This document shows, in pieces, positions 28,271-42,689 of a stretch of 64,000 bases of DNA (the first letter of the stretch is position 1; each line of letters begins with the position of its first letter). A model generated the notes under the pieces. That model made no database searches and was not told the DNA's origin. It saw only the letters and a program-made list of their open reading frames with translations. This stretch comes from Octopus vulgaris (Eukaryota): assembly GCA_951406725.2 (NCBI GenBank), contig OX597820.1, positions 55,552,001 through 55,616,000 on the forward strand, written 5' to 3'. A program made the translations under genes and the position numbers.

Positions 28271-30828
28271 TCCTAGGTGTTATCGTATAACTTATAAGTT
28301 GCTCTGCATTACTTTTCCACTGATGCACGTGTGTATGTTGTGTGTGTGTGTGTGTGTGTAAATGTATATTTGTATGTGTGTGTGTACATTTTAGTGTTAA
28401 TAACTTATATAAACACAATTACAGAAGTAAGGAGATGGGAAGATATACTTTTTCATTCCTGTTCATCATATGAACTATAATAATATGAATAGTGCCGATC
28501 TCAGCAAAGGAATAAACCATAAGAAATACATAACAGATTCTATGTTATAGTCCTATGTATTGCAAGTCTTCTGCAACAGTCATTTCTTTTATAACATTGT
28601 GTGCAACAATCAGGTACTTTAGTTTAAAGAAATTGAGACAAGTTTATATTTGGTACAACCAGCATAAGTAAATTAAAACCACTTTCTTATTCAGCATTCT
28701 ATTTCATTAACAACATACAACAAATGTGAAAGGATATTGGAATCAACACAATTTGGCTGATGTTGGATAAAATTATGATTTTAGAGAAATGTTTATACTG
28801 ATTTGTCAGTAGAAAGTACCATCATGTAGGGTACAATACAGAGAAAAGAAAAGAGGAAATTCTAACTACCTCATAGTGTTAAAAAGCACTATCCTGCAAT
28901 GAATTGAAATGAGTTTTCTGTAGTTGAGGTATAAAAAAAATATCTCTAAAACCACATTTTGATTTTTAAAAAAATATTAAAATTAGAATTTTGAAGAACG
29001 TTTTAGACAGTGTAGACTTTAATAACTGCTTTCTTTTTGTAAAAGTTACATACTCATAACCAATTAAGAAGAAGCTTTCTTTGTTATAGTATTAATCACT
29101 AGCCTGCACCTAATCTGTTCCCATCGAGCTTTTCCCACCTCTCATCGTCCTAACACCCATCTCTTAGAACTTTACTAATGTAGACTGTAAAAGTGCATCT
29201 GATGTAAGGTCAACATTAGGAAAATTACATAATCTAGAAAATCGCTTTCATTCTAAAAATATTAGTGTAATTAAATACATTTTTTACTCAATTTTACTAT
29301 TTGTCTTGTAAAGTCATACAGTTGTGTTATCACTGTATTAATTTTCTTTTTCAGAGACAGTTTTCAGGTTTGTGTTTTGAACATCAGATATTTAGGACTT
29401 GTTACATTATATTTTTAATATAAAAATAAATTTTTTTCTGAAAATAACAAACGAAAAACATGAATCAAAATATTAATTCAAATGTATTATTTTAGATTTT
29501 CAAAGTGATAAAAGTGATAAAAACATTTTAACCAGAGCAAATCAAGTTACTTGCTGAAAAGGAGCTTCATGACAATATGTGATTCAGAAGAGAGGTAGGT
29601 GGGTGGTGAGAGGAGTTAGAAATTGGTGATGGTTTCAGAGTGGATCTTCAAGGTACAAGGTGAGTAGGAATGAGTAGAGTAAGGGTGCCAGAAGTAAGCG
29701 GGAGCAATTGTGGTTGCTTGATTGGGTGGTGAGAGGCTTACTTCCCAACCACATGGTTCCAGGTTCAGTGTCACTGCATGGCACCTTTGGTAAGTGTCTT
29801 CTACTATAGCCCCAGGCTGACCAAAGCCTTGTGAGTGGATTTGGTAGACAGAAACAACAATACACACACACACACACACCAATAGATGTTGGTACATTTG
29901 CATCCCTGTAACTTAACAGTTTGGCAAAAGAGACCAATAGAATAAGTACTAGGCTTGAAAAATAAGTCCTGGGGTTGATTTGTTCAACCAAATCCCTTCA
30001 AGGCAGTACTCCAGCATGGCTGCAGTCCAATGACTGAAACAAGTAAAGGAATAAAACAATGCACAGCAACGAGTGTATTAGAAAACTGAAACTTAACCTT
30101 CAGTACACTGCATTTGCTCTAGAATTGTTTCCCATACGACTGCCCTGTTACTACAGGGAGGGAAACTCATATGGTGACATGATGCATCTACAGTGTGCTA
30201 AAGGTTAAAAAAGTTAAATTTACAGATTGTGCTCTGCTAGCATAGCTCGTGGGGGTCACTGAGGCACACAGGTCACTGTACCACAAGGACTGGACCTTGT
30301 GGCGGCTACATCTACTGCAGCTCAAATATTGGATAACAAAAATGTCTAACATCAGTTGAAACATGCAAAAAGAGATGACATGATGGTGGTGGCAGTGGTG
30401 TCAGTGGTGGTATCATTTCAACATTCACTTCTTTATGCTGGCATGGGTTGGATGGAGTTTATTGAGATAGATTTTCTATTGCTGGATGTCCATCCTGTCA
30501 CCAACCCCCATCTGTTTCTAAGGAAGGTAATTACCCCCCCCCCCCCTCCATGGTAAAACATTGCAAAATACTGGAAATGAATGACACTGCTTGTATGACA
30601 TTAACATTCATTTACAACTATCAAGCTATATCAATACAAGGAAACATAAACACACATCCACACTGACAAACATGTGCACACACAAACACAACAAACTTCT
30701 TTCAGTTTCTATTTATGAAATCCACTCACAAAGCTTTGGCTGTTTGGTTGTATGGTGTTATAGTTCAAGTAGTTAAGAAGCCAACTTCCTACCATATATC
30801 CATACCTGATAAATAATGAAATGATTAA

Positions 30829-31070
30829 CCCTTTCGTTAGTGTATTTATTTTGAGATGCTTTGTTTTCTTTTAATTAATTTTAAATATAACAAAGGATTT
30901 AGTAAAATAACTTAATTACCATTAAGCTGGTGTTAAGAACATAAATTGTGACTAAGGTTTGGTTTAAGATTTTAAGAAATCAAGACATTTGTACTACATT
31001 TTTACTAAGAAAACAAGACATTTGTACTACAGAGCTAGAGCTGGTTTCAGCCAGGTTGGTATCGAAAGGG
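30829..31070. mobile_element. piggyBac-type MITE (second family)
   Basis: TTAA-ccctttcg...cgaaaggg-TTAA. Body matches 7732-7935. Confidence 0.85.
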
Positions 31071-31909
31071 TTAATAAACAAAATGAACATGTTATATAAA
31101 AAGAGATGACATATAAAAGTAGGTGAAATAAAAGTACAGTGAGTGGATGATGGATAGTAAACATGATATTGCAGATGTAAAACTTAGTGAAATATAAGGA
31201 GAAATGAGAAATAAGATCTGAGATTGCTGGACTTCCCAGGTGAGATGACACATGGTTGAAACACATGTCAAAGAGCGATATAAAATGTCATAGTATTTCC
31301 AGGTCACAATGTCCACAATGTGTGTGGAAATACTGTTACAACTCCAAGGTTAAAAGTTTTGTCTCTCTGATATATATAAACCGCAACTTATTTCCCACAT
31401 TAAAAGGTAATGTTTGTAAATTCAGACAATAAACAGGTAATTAAATATCTGCTTTTCATCTTTTGTAGTTTAGAATGTTCGTGTGAAAATGTAGGGCGGA
31501 CACCGTACAGAAAATTAAGTAGAAATAATGTATTTCAAAGGAACAACACAGAAGTGGGGTTTGACATATGGATTAAAAAAAAAAGTTGGGAATGAATAGA
31601 AAGAAAAAAAAAAATCATATACAGAGAAAACTATATGTTTGTCTTAGATTTGCTCTCTTCTCTGAGAATTGAGGGGTTCACTTAGTAACTGTCTACTGAT
31701 TGACAACATAAAAGATGGGACATTTTAAAATGCAGACTATATATATATATCATCATCATCGTTTAACGTCTTTCCATGCTAGCATGGGTTAGATGATTTG
31801 ACTGAGGTCTGGCGAACCAGATGGTTGCACCAGACTCCAATCTGATCTGGCAGAGTTTCTACAGCTGGATGCCATTCCTAATGCCAACCATTCTGAGAGT
31901 GTAGTGGGT

Positions 31910-32612
31910 GCTATATATATATATATATATATAAAACTCAACTTGTGTGTCTGTGTGTGTATCTGTGTGTGTGTTTGTGTGTTTAACTTCCCGGCACATC
32001 TCCTCCTAGCCAATAAATCGTAGAACCACCAAAAATGGGTCACTTAAAGTTTAGGCGAATGAAAATTGAACTGCGCTATTTCTGTTCCGAAATTCATCTC
32101 GCACGTGCAAAAATCGATAATGTGTTTGTTTAGACCTTATCCCATGCATTGAATAGTGAACTTTACTCAGTCAGCTGTTTGACGTGAACTGTGTTCACCA
32201 GGTGTGCAAGCATGCGTAAATTGCATGAAAAATAAAAAATCAAGATATAAAAATGAATCACCGTAAACATTGTAGAAATTCGGCAAAGAAATGAATTTTC
32301 GGGATGTAGCCTGGAGGGTTTTTTTGTATTAATCGTTTGGATTTTGTGAACACATACCAATTGTTTTCATAACATTTTTAACGCTTTGAATTAAATGTGA
32401 CCATTTTGCATTGAGTCTGCAGTTTGAATCACTTTAACCAAATTTTAGCAGGCCGGATTTTTGATCATCACGATACATCGCCAGTGACTCCCTGAAACTC
32501 TCCCCTGAAATCCCCATTGAGAAATCTATTATATATATAATAATACTTTGAATGTGACTCCTGAGAAAGAGTAAAAGTAATTATCTAATGAACGACGGGT
32601 ATTACTGCTAGT
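31910..32612 (+). mobile_element. Probable non-autonomous Helitron
   Basis: Begins ctatatat...aaaactcaacttgtgtgtctgtgtg and ends aacgacgggttattactgCTAG|T. CpG-rich body. Confidence 0.6.
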
Positions 32613-32647
32613 AATATATATATATATATATATGAATATATATATAT

Positions 32648-32950
32648 ATCATCATCATCGTTTAACGTCCGTTTTCCGCGCTAGCACGGGTTGGACGGTT
32701 TCGACCGGGGTCTGGGAAGCCAGGGGCTGCCCCAGTCTCCAGTCTGGTCTGGCAGTGTTTCTACAGCTGGATGCCCTTCCTAACGCCAACCACTCCGCGA
32801 GTGTAGTGGGAGCTTTTTACGTGCCACCTGCACAGGTGCCAGAGGGGTCTGGCATCGGCCACGGTCAGTTGGTGCTTTTTATGTGCCACCTGCACAGAAG
32901 CCAGTCGGGGCGGTGCTGGCATCGGCCACGTTCGGATGGTGCTTTTTATG
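32648..32950 (-). mobile_element. RTE 3' UTR (young)
   Basis: Family sequence with (cat)n tail. Confidence 0.8.
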
Positions 32951-34238
32951 GGGGGGGTGCAGAAATATAGGGGAGCACCAGTGGGGAGGGGTGTTTGGAG
33001 AAACGATGACAGGTTCTAGACAAGTAGAACGTAGGATATCACGAGAGGGGTAATGCATGGTGAAATAGCGTATTGAAGAGGGGGGTTCGAAGAGTAGACA
33101 CCTATAATGGTGGTGGGAGAAGCGACATCCGGTATAGATGGAGCAAAAATATAGAGATATCCGGTGGTGGTGGTGGTGGTGGTGGTGGTGGGCAAGGGCG
33201 GGTGCACCGCGAATACGCGAAGGTTGAAAGACGAGAGAGTGAGGACTTGGACGGGCAAAATTAATAAAGGGACGGTGGAGAAATGGAGAAATTATCGGCA
33301 CATAATGATGAGAGGAATTAGGGAATACAATGACAACTGCTTAAGCGTATTAGTAATTAGTAAGTAGATAAAATAGATAGATAGCTAAAAACATAATCAA
33401 GAAATGAGGCACGTTACTTGACGGGCTGGCTTAAAAATGCTCTTAGCAATGGAAGGGGGAAGGAAGAGGGGGAGGGCAAACAACGTAAAAGAGGGAGAGA
33501 GAGAAAGGGAATAGTGGAACCCCGCGATATATATATATATACACACACACACCTCATCATCATCATCACTTAACGCCCACATTCCTTGCAGGTGGGACTC
33601 AAAATTTTCTTCAGGTTGAGTAGCCTATCCTGCTCAAAAGGGTTGTTTAAGGATGATGAATGAAACACCCATGTTTCTGGAGGTGAAATATTCAAACCCC
33701 AAAGTATTTTTAACACATGGCTATGATGCTCCCCCATCACTCTTGCTCATGATCAGAGATGTATATATCCTTGCCTACTACGGAACATACTTGATTGGTT
33801 AAGGCCAAGCAAGTGACAAGCAAATTTGTATTGAGCAAAATATTTGCTGTACCCTTCTTTTACACGAAGATTATTATTATTATTATTATTATTATTTACA
33901 GATATATATATGTAATATATGTATATATATATATATATCTGTAAAATTAATATGTGACAATTATTCAGTAGCCATGATAAAACTCTGGGTTTCCATCCCG
34001 ACATCCGAAACTCGGAGTTTTATCATAGTGAAATGAAAATAAACTTTGGAAACAGCAATGCCACCATAGGTTACATGGAAACAATGAATGTGTTTTCAAG
34101 GGAGATAATCAAAGAATGTAACATTGTAATACTTTATGTAAAGGATCATTAAAAGACATCCATTTCTCTATATGTTATAAGGAAATACAGTCTCTCTCTC
34201 ACATGCACATGCACACATACATACAAAAAAGATGTATA

Positions 34239-35690
34239 CATACCCTGGCCAAAATAAGTTTAAGACCGATGATGACAGTTCTACTCCTTCATTAATTTAT
34301 TTTAAATAAAACTATAAAATTGTTTTACTTTTTACAGTTTATGTAGAATTTTTTTCTCTTTCAAATGATATAAGCTTTATATATCTTTCTACAATTTGAA
34401 TGATTTTAATGTGCAAATAATTCAAATGATTAAAAATTATTGGCAAAATAAGTTTAAGACCACACCAAGATTATTTTGTCTAAATTGAAAATTTACAGCA
34501 CAAATGATCAAACAAAATTTTATTATTAGTATCTAGTTCCATAGCCATTATCTTCAATTACAGCCTTACAACAGCGGGACATGGAGTTCAACAAATGAGC
34601 ACAAAAATCACTTGGAATGTTCTGCCATATTTCTTCAATAAAATTATATAATGGGGAAAAAGTTGTTGATTTTTAAGCATGAGCTCTTTTAGAACCATAA
34701 TTCCATAAATTTCTTATCGGATTCAACACCAGGCTCTGCAGAGGCCACTCAATAACCACCATATTATTGCACTCAAAATATTGCAAAACTTTCCAAAGCT
34801 TATGAATGGGATAATTGCCCTGCTGGAAAGTAGATCCTGGTGACATCTGATTATTTAAATATGGCAGCACATTTTCATTTACTAATTGCAGATAGCCTAC
34901 ACTGTTCAGTATGCCATGAACCTTAACTATTGGACCAACACCTAAGCTGCTGAACGTGGCCCATATCATTACCCCACCACCTCCTGCTTGTGTCATTTTC
35001 TTGACACATTTAGGATGGAATTCTTCAGTTGGACAGTGTCTAACATAAGTCTTTCCATCTGATCCAAAGATGCAGAAGCGAGATTCATTTCTCCAAAGAA
35101 ATTTTGACCAGTCTTCAGCTGTCCATTTAATATGGCTCTTAGCAAACTTAATCCACTTCCACTGGTTCATCTTAGAAATCATCAGCTTCTTTCAAGCGAT
35201 CTGGTTGAACAGACCAAATTCTTTTAGGCAGTTTCTGACAGTTTGTAGTGTAAAGCTGGTGTCAGTTTCATCAGATAATTGCTTGCAAATGTCCACTGGT
35301 GTTAGCATTCGATTACATTCAGAGAGCATTCGATTACATTCAGAATTTGCCGATCAATCTGTACTGCTGTTTTTCTTGAAGTGCCCATTTTTTTGCCAAA
35401 CTTTATATTGGCCAGTGGCTTGGTAAAGCTTCCATGCTTGAACACAAGCCATTTTGCTGCATCCTAATTGCTTGCTTAATGCTCATGAAGGACACATTTT
35501 GCTGATGAGGCAACATGATCTTTGATCTAATAATTGGGCTGATACTATGATTCTTTCCCATAGCGAATTAATGTGTAACAATGTTCGATTATTAAACAAA
35601 ACAGTGCAGTATGAGCAGCCATTTGGTTTATTAATTTGCATAATCTTGGTACACCCTTAAACAAAATAATATTGGTACGGTCTTAAATAT
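34239..35690 (-). mobile_element. Tc1-like element with IR/DR-type end; transposase pseudogene ~35561-34526
   Basis: ORF 34673..35182 (FAKSHIKWTAEDWSK..W..ESRF...GGGGVMIW...FQQGN...WP.QS..LNPI.NLW) and C-terminal GYGTRY*. Direct repeat aaaataagtttaagacc at ~34251 and ~34445. Confidence 0.88.
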
Positions 35691-35703
35691 AAATATATAT
35701 ATA

Positions 35704-36101
35704 GGACACAAAACTCCACTTGTGAAAACCTGTTGAGGCAAGTGAAAATCAAAATCGTAATCTGATACCAGTGCCGGTGGCATGTAAGAGAACCATTTGA
35801 ACGTGGCCGTAGCCAGCACCGTCCGACTGGCCTCCATGCCGGTGGCACGTAAAAAGCACCAACCGATCGTGGCCGTTTGCCAGCCTCGTCTGGCACGTAA
35901 AAAGCACCCACTACACTCACGGAGTGGTTGACGTTAGTAAGGACATCCAGCTGTAGAAACATTGCCAGATCAGACTGGGCCTGGTGCAGCCTTCTGGCTT
36001 CCCAGACCCCAGTTGAACCGTCCAACCCATGCCAGCATGGAAAGCGGACGTTAAATAATGATGATGATGATGATATACATATATATACATATATATATAC
36101 A

Positions 36102-36155
<54 letters not shown>

Positions 36156-36653
36156 CATATAAATACATATGTATATATACATATAAATACATATGTATAT
36201 ATACATATAAATACATATGTATATATACATATAAATACATATGTATATATACATATAAATACATATATATATATATATACATACGTATATACATGTATAT
36301 ACATACGTATATATATATATATATATATATACATACATATATACATACATATATATATATACACATACATATATATATATATGTATATATATATACATAT
36401 ATATACACGTACACGCATACACATATATACATATATATATATATCTATATATACATATATATATACATACATATACATACACATAACTATATACATAATA
36501 TATATACATACATATATATACATATATTTATATACATACATATATATACATATATTTATATACATACATATATATACATACATTTATATACATACATATA
36601 TATATATATATACATACATATATATATACATACATTTATATACATACATATAT

Positions 36654-36686
<33 letters not shown>

Positions 36687-36736
36687 TATACATGCATACA
36701 TACATATATACACATACATACATATATATATACATG

Positions 36737-36808
<72 letters not shown>

Positions 36809-37175
36809 AAGCACCATTCGAGTGTGATTGTTACCAGCATCGCCTTACTGGCACTTGTGCTGGTGGTACGTGAAAAACATCATTCGAGCAACTGTGTTGT
36901 CAGTGCCGCTCCTGTGCAGGTGACATGTAAAAACACCATTTGAGTGTAGCCGTTGCCAGTACCGCTTGACTGGCTCTTGTGCCAGTGGCATGTAAAAGCA
37001 CCCACTACATTCTCAGGGTGGTTGGCATTAGGAAAGGCATCCAGCTGTAGAAACTCTGCCAGATTAGACTGGATCCTGGTGCAGCCATCTGGCTCACCAG
37101 TCCCCAGTTAAACCGTCCAACCCATGCCAGCATGGAAAGCAGACGTTAAACGATGATGATGATGGTGGTGATGAT
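35704..37175 (+). repeat. Two RTE 3' UTRs (35704-36072, 36809-37175) around a ~735 bp compound (AT/AC) microsatellite with a 22 bp minisatellite
   Basis: (GAT)n tails. Unit atacatataaatacatatgtat repeats ~5 times at ~36155-36265. (AC)n at 36739-36798. Confidence 0.85.
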
Positions 37176-37434
37176 ATATATATATACTACTAATATAAAG
37201 ATAAAAGTTTATTAATGAATTTTATCAGTGGCCAGCATATGAAAAATATGTTTTAAAGTGAAAATTATAAATACAATTATAAATAAGGGCAAAAGAAAAT
37301 TTTCTTTGCCAATATGCTGAAAAATAGACACTAAATCATCTAACCACATAAAATATTCACTTATATTATTACATCATATGCCAAAATGAGGAAAGCAAGC
37401 TAACAGAAATTCATAAAAATATATCTATACAGAC

Positions 37435-38715
37435 ACACTCACATCTATTTAATGGTAACTGTTGGAAAAGGAGTATTCAGTACCATAGTATTTGGGTTGA
37501 GTCAGTTTCTTGCTACTCTGAGTTTCACTTGTGAGTGTAAAGGGTCTTTGGGCAAGTTATGACATAACTTGTGACAAAATAATATATGTATGTGTTTGTT
37601 TGTTTATGTGAGTAGATATGTGTCAATTAGTGTGTGTGTGTGCATTTATTTATATGTGTGTAGATGTATGTGATTTTTATTTATATATATATTTATGTTG
37701 CGAAAAGCTGTTTTTTTTGGAGGGCAGGGGTTAAACCAGCAATCAATACGAAACTAATATTTATTATTGTGGACAAAGAACTCAGTTCAGAAAAAATTTT
37801 TTTACATTTCAATACATTTCTATGGTGTCTGTTGGTTTATGTATTTTCCCAGCATAAACCTATTTGTGAGACTAAGTCAACCAATTGTTACTGATTTGTA
37901 TTTTTATTTTGTTGTCAACTACTTTTCTACTTCTATTGACTTTCACCCACCTAGACTAGAGCAGAAACACACACACACACATAAACACACACAGAGAGGC
38001 ACACACATACATAAGCATACATACTTGCTAAGAAAAGTGACAAGACAGAAAGAACTGTCACATTCCATATGCACAAACACACATACACACATATTTGAAG
38101 ACAGTCATCAAACAAGTCAAAGATAGAAATATATTTACACATTATATGAGAAAGAGAGAGAGAAAGAGAAGAAAGAAAAACACCCATAAACAATGCTGAT
38201 TGCACTATCTTTTTTTATAAAGAAGGGTGTGACTGAGAAAGATTTGTCTTTTCCAGTGCTTTTTTGTGAAATCAATTAGAAATGGAAAATAATGTTAATT
38301 AATAACTTTCATGTCACATGTTTGTCACGCTTTTATGCTTTGTAAGAAGGGAAAATACACTCTCTTAAAAAAAAAATTAAAGTGAGAAAAATGGAATAAT
38401 ATCGCCATGGCTCATTTGAGGTTTCGGTAATGGTCTAGGTGTCGCTGTGTTAAAAGGTTCACTTTGCAGCTGGTTTCTGGTTCAATCCCTCTAGGTGCCA
38501 CCTTAGACAGGTATTTTCTTTTAGAGTATTGGGGTGACCAAACCCCTATGTGTAGAATTTGAAAGACTGAAACTGTTTGGAAGCCTATCATATGGATTGT
38601 TCCCATTGTCAGTTGGTAGACTTGAACCCTCACCCAGTTTAGTAGCATTACATGGTCCTTGGATATTTTTAAGATAGTCCATTCTGAAGCATGCATTTTG
38701 ATCAGGCCCTCTCTC
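37435..38715. repeat. Inverted duplication, middle left block (pairs with 48486-50880)
   Basis: Mirror-image ORF peptides: VFSQHKPICETKST in 37664(+) and 49971(-); LNWVRVQ.YQLTMGTIHMIGF in 38412(-) and 49206(+). Confidence 0.92.
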
Positions 38716-39039
38716 TAAATAAAACTTTCTCTTTTTCTTTCACCAAACTTAGTACCCTGAAAAGGGTGATGAATGCTGTCTTTCCTCCTCAAACTGTCAT
38801 AATGTAAAAAATTTTCATCATCCTCTACTATCCAGTTTTCCATGCTTGCGTGGGTCAGATGGAATTTGTTGAGTCAGATTTTTCTGCAGCCCATCTGGTT
38901 GCCAACCTGTTTCCAAGCATGGTAATATTTCTCTTAGGTCAAACATTTTTCATGGAAGAGTGGAAAAAAACAACACTGCTTGTATGATGTTCATTTACAA
39001 CCATTATGTGATGTTAGGACAAGTGTGCACACCCACACA

Positions 39040-40115
39040 TGAAGAATGAAGAGTAGATTGTATGATGCTTGTCTTAGAACTGCAATGCAGAGGACTTAAG
39101 GAAACTGGAAAGAAATGAAGTGAGCATTCTTCGTTGGATATACTAAGTGAGTATGCATGAAATAATTAGTGCAAAGGTGCTGAGTGAAAAAAATTGGGTA
39201 TAAGATGTATCAGATGTGTTCAAGAAAGAAAACTGCACTGGTATGGGTATGTGATACATATGGATGAGGACAGCTCAATAAAGAAATGCTATTTGCTTAA
39301 CGTGGCTGGAACTTGTGGGAGAGGGAGACCCAGGAAGACACTAAATGAACTGGTTAAGGCTGACCTCAGGACTCTGAACCTGACAAATGAGATGACGAAG
39401 TACTGAGATCTCTGGTGATATGAGGGCCTCATAAAGACTCATCACCCCACAGCAAAATTGAGTTCTGGAAATGTTGTTACAGTGATTCCATGCCTCATGC
39501 ATTATAACTTTTTTTCCCTCCTCAGCAACTATATCATTTTTACTACTCCAACTGCTTGCCCTCCTCTTCTGCATCTCTCCATATTTTCCCCAGTTCATGG
39601 TTCTTATATCATCCACCCTTAAAGTCTACCCATTTTCCATTTTGGGAGTCTGCCTTCTCACCTCCACCCTTCACCTCATATAATCTTGCAAACTATCCTC
39701 TCACCCACTTCTACTCAGTCTGTGGCATGTGGGACCACCTGGGTGCCTCAACACCAGTATCTATTTCTTGCAACTCCTACTGAGCATTTTCTCTTTCCCC
39801 CTTTTTCTGTTGTAGATGTGAGTAGCCATGCAGATATCCCTTTACAGGAAACTGCTCTCCACCACCACCACCACCAGTAATTCCCTCATCCCCTAGGATA
39901 AAACTGATCCTCCCCATTCCCACTAAGGTTCACAGTCCTGCAAACTGCATGGCAACCTCAATAGTACAGGTGGCACAAAAAAAAAGCACCCAGTCCAGCT
40001 GCAAAAAGTAACATCAAAGCAGACATTGGAGCTCGATGCAGTCCTTGAACACATCAGATATGGTTCAACTCTCCAATTCATGCCAGCATGGAACATGGAC
40101 ATCAAATGTGGATGA
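39040..40115 (+). mobile_element. Old RTE C-terminus plus 3' UTR
   Basis: ORF 39194..39406: VQERKLHWYGYV..M...GRGRPRKT. Confidence 0.75.
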
Positions 40116-40419
40116 TCACAATGACAGCAAGCTTCCTTCAATTTCCGTTTACCAAATTCATTCACAAGGCTTTGGTCAGCCTGAGGATGTAGTAGAAGAC
40201 ACTTGCCCAAGACGTCACACAGTAGGAACTGGACCTTAGAATACATGGCTGGAAAGCAAGCTCCTTAACCACACAACCATGCCTGTCCCTAGTCAAGCAT
40301 ATAGAACAAAAATGCTCATACGGATAGGATACTGTTCTTTCACAGATAACCATGCCAACAGACTCTATTAAACTTAAAATTTAAAGCCATGCATTTTCTG
40401 GCATTTGTTTTATTTTATT

Positions 40420-40930
40420 GAAACTACGAATATTCACAAATAAACACATTGGCTATGAAGTTAAGGTCCTGGGTCATTAATCATGATACTAAGTTAAGAT
40501 CTTTATGTCATCTATTTCATAAGGGTTTAAGGCAAATCCCATAACTTTAGTCGCTCCCATTTACTCAGTTTTTACTATGCCTTTGATTATGTTATCTGCA
40601 ATAAGAAGGAAATTTGTTTCAACAATGCAACAAGTTGTTTTAATATAGTAGTTTAGTTGGGGGAAATGAATGAAAACCATGAAAATGGTTGGTGCACCAG
40701 GTCTATTTCTATGTTTTTACTTTTTCATCTTTTATCTTTGAGTGGCCATGCTGGGGCACTGGCTTGAAAAATTTTAGTAGAATAAATTGACCCCAGGTCT
40801 TATTTTTTTAAGCCTGGTAAATTATTCTGTCAGTCTCTTTTGTTGAGCTGCTAAGTTACAGGGATGTAAACACACCAGCACTGGTTGTCAAGTGGAGGAG
40901 GTAGGGTCCAAAAACAGACACAAATACACA
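40420..40930. repeat. Inverted duplication, inner-middle left block (pairs with 47410-47935), including a shared SINE 3' half
   Basis: aaccatgaaaatggttggtgcaccaggtct is the reverse complement of agacctggtgcaccaaccattttcatggtt (~47638). The SINE abuts the same position in both arms. Confidence 0.88.
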
Positions 40931-40933
40931 CAC

Positions 40934-40964
<31 letters not shown>

Positions 40965-41699
40965 TGTATGTATGTATGTATGTATGTATGTATGCATGTA
41001 TGTATGCATGTGTGTGTGCATGTATGTATGTATGTATGTATGTATGTATGTATGTATGTATTACAATAAAAAATGTAGGTGCATGCATGCTAATATTCTT
41101 AAGTTATTACACCTGGAAGAGTACAGAACAAGATTTCTCCAGTAGAATTTGCCTAATTTGTCACCTCTAAAGGAAACTAAAAAAGTACTTACAATTAAAA
41201 TGTTACTGCACATTTTTTTTCTTGCAGCCAAGAATAACATTTTAAAAATTTACTATATTTTATTAAAACAAAAAATGGGTTTTTCCAAAAATAAGCCCAT
41301 CCAATTTTAAGCCTGTGGGCTTCATCATCATCATCATCATCGTTTAACGTCCGCTTTCCATGCTAGCATGGGTTAGATGGTTCGACCGGGGATCTGGGAA
41401 GCCAGAAAGGCTGCACCAGGCTCCAGTCTGATCTGGCAGTGTTTCTACAGCTGGATGCCCTTCCTAACGCCAACCACTCCGTATTTAGAAACTCTTTTCA
41501 TGAGTAGCCCCAGTAATTTTTATTATTTTCAGAAAAAAAAAAACTATTTAAGCAAAATTATTTAAGTCCGTATTTAAGCCCATGGGCTTATTTTTGGAAA
41601 AAGTAGTATTTGAAAAAAGTACAGTAGAATTTGCCTAATTATAACTTTGATAGGTTTCGGCCAGTATTGGCCCAGGCCATGTGTAACTCAAAAGCATCA

Positions 41700-42580
41700 T
41701 CTGGTGAAGTCTTTTAGTCATATATGAGGCACCATAGCCCACTCTGGCAAAGAGTTATTATCGTTGGAGACATATCCGAGTGTAGGAGGTTGGTCTGAGA
41801 TTTTTTGAAGAAATTTGTCCAGTGAACATTTGAATTTTATGGGATCCATTTCTGTTTTGACATATTTTGGTATGGTATTAAAGAGAGCTAGACTGGTTGA
41901 GGTAAAGTAATTGTGACATAATGCTGCTATGTGTACCAGGTTCAATTTTTGTAGTGGGCGGATAGCACAGGGGCCAAGTCTTGGATGGATTTTAAAATTG
42001 ATGCCAACATCATTTGGGCAATATTGATGGAATATTTTCCACATAACATAAATGCTGCCTATCTCTGGAGTGCTTCTACTTTCATAAGTTGCTTTATATG
42101 AGGGGACCATAGTGGGCAACAGTACTCAAGGTGGGGTTGGGCAAAAGTAGAGTAGAGAAGGATGATGGTGTACGTATCTCTAGACCGGAAAGTTCTCAGA
42201 ATCTAGGAGCACATCTTACGGGCCAAGTCAACATTGCAGTTTACGTGGGAACTCCAGCTTAACTTGTTATCAACAATTACTCCGAGATCTCTGGTATTGT
42301 TGGATGACACTAGGGAGTTGCCTGAGGGAAGAGCATATGGCAATTTCAGAGTTTCCTCTTTCCCAAAGTGGATCAAATCAAACTTCTCTTCATTTAAAAG
42401 CATCTTGTTTTTTACCGCCCATAGGACAATAGCAAACGGATCTAACTGAAGGCATGTTTGGTCTCTCATGCCGTTTATGGCTTTCTGGAGTTTGGAGTCA
42501 TCTGCGAAGATTTTCAATGTAGAATGTTTGATAACATCTACTATGTCATTGGTGTAAATAATGATGTGGAGTGGCCCATG
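41700..42580 (-). pseudogene. CR1/L2-group LINE RT C-terminal fragment
   Basis: IYTND...KIFADDSKL...W...NKMLLNEEKF...RDLGVIVDNKLSWSSHV in ORFs 42203..42517 and 41718..42119. Confidence 0.85.
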
Positions 42581-42637
42581 GAGAAAATTGAAAGTGACGA
42601 ATTATTCAGTAACATTTTTCTGCAATAAGTATGTATG

Positions 42638-42687
<50 letters not shown>

Positions 42688-42689
42688 CA

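Noticed and set aside
35657-36943. Long ORFs of 150-308 aa rich in YI/CV/HT (also 9751-10206, 11653-12182, 16616-17169, 24755-25273, 56848-57257, 63024-63338)
   Set aside because: Translations of stop-free microsatellites, not genes.
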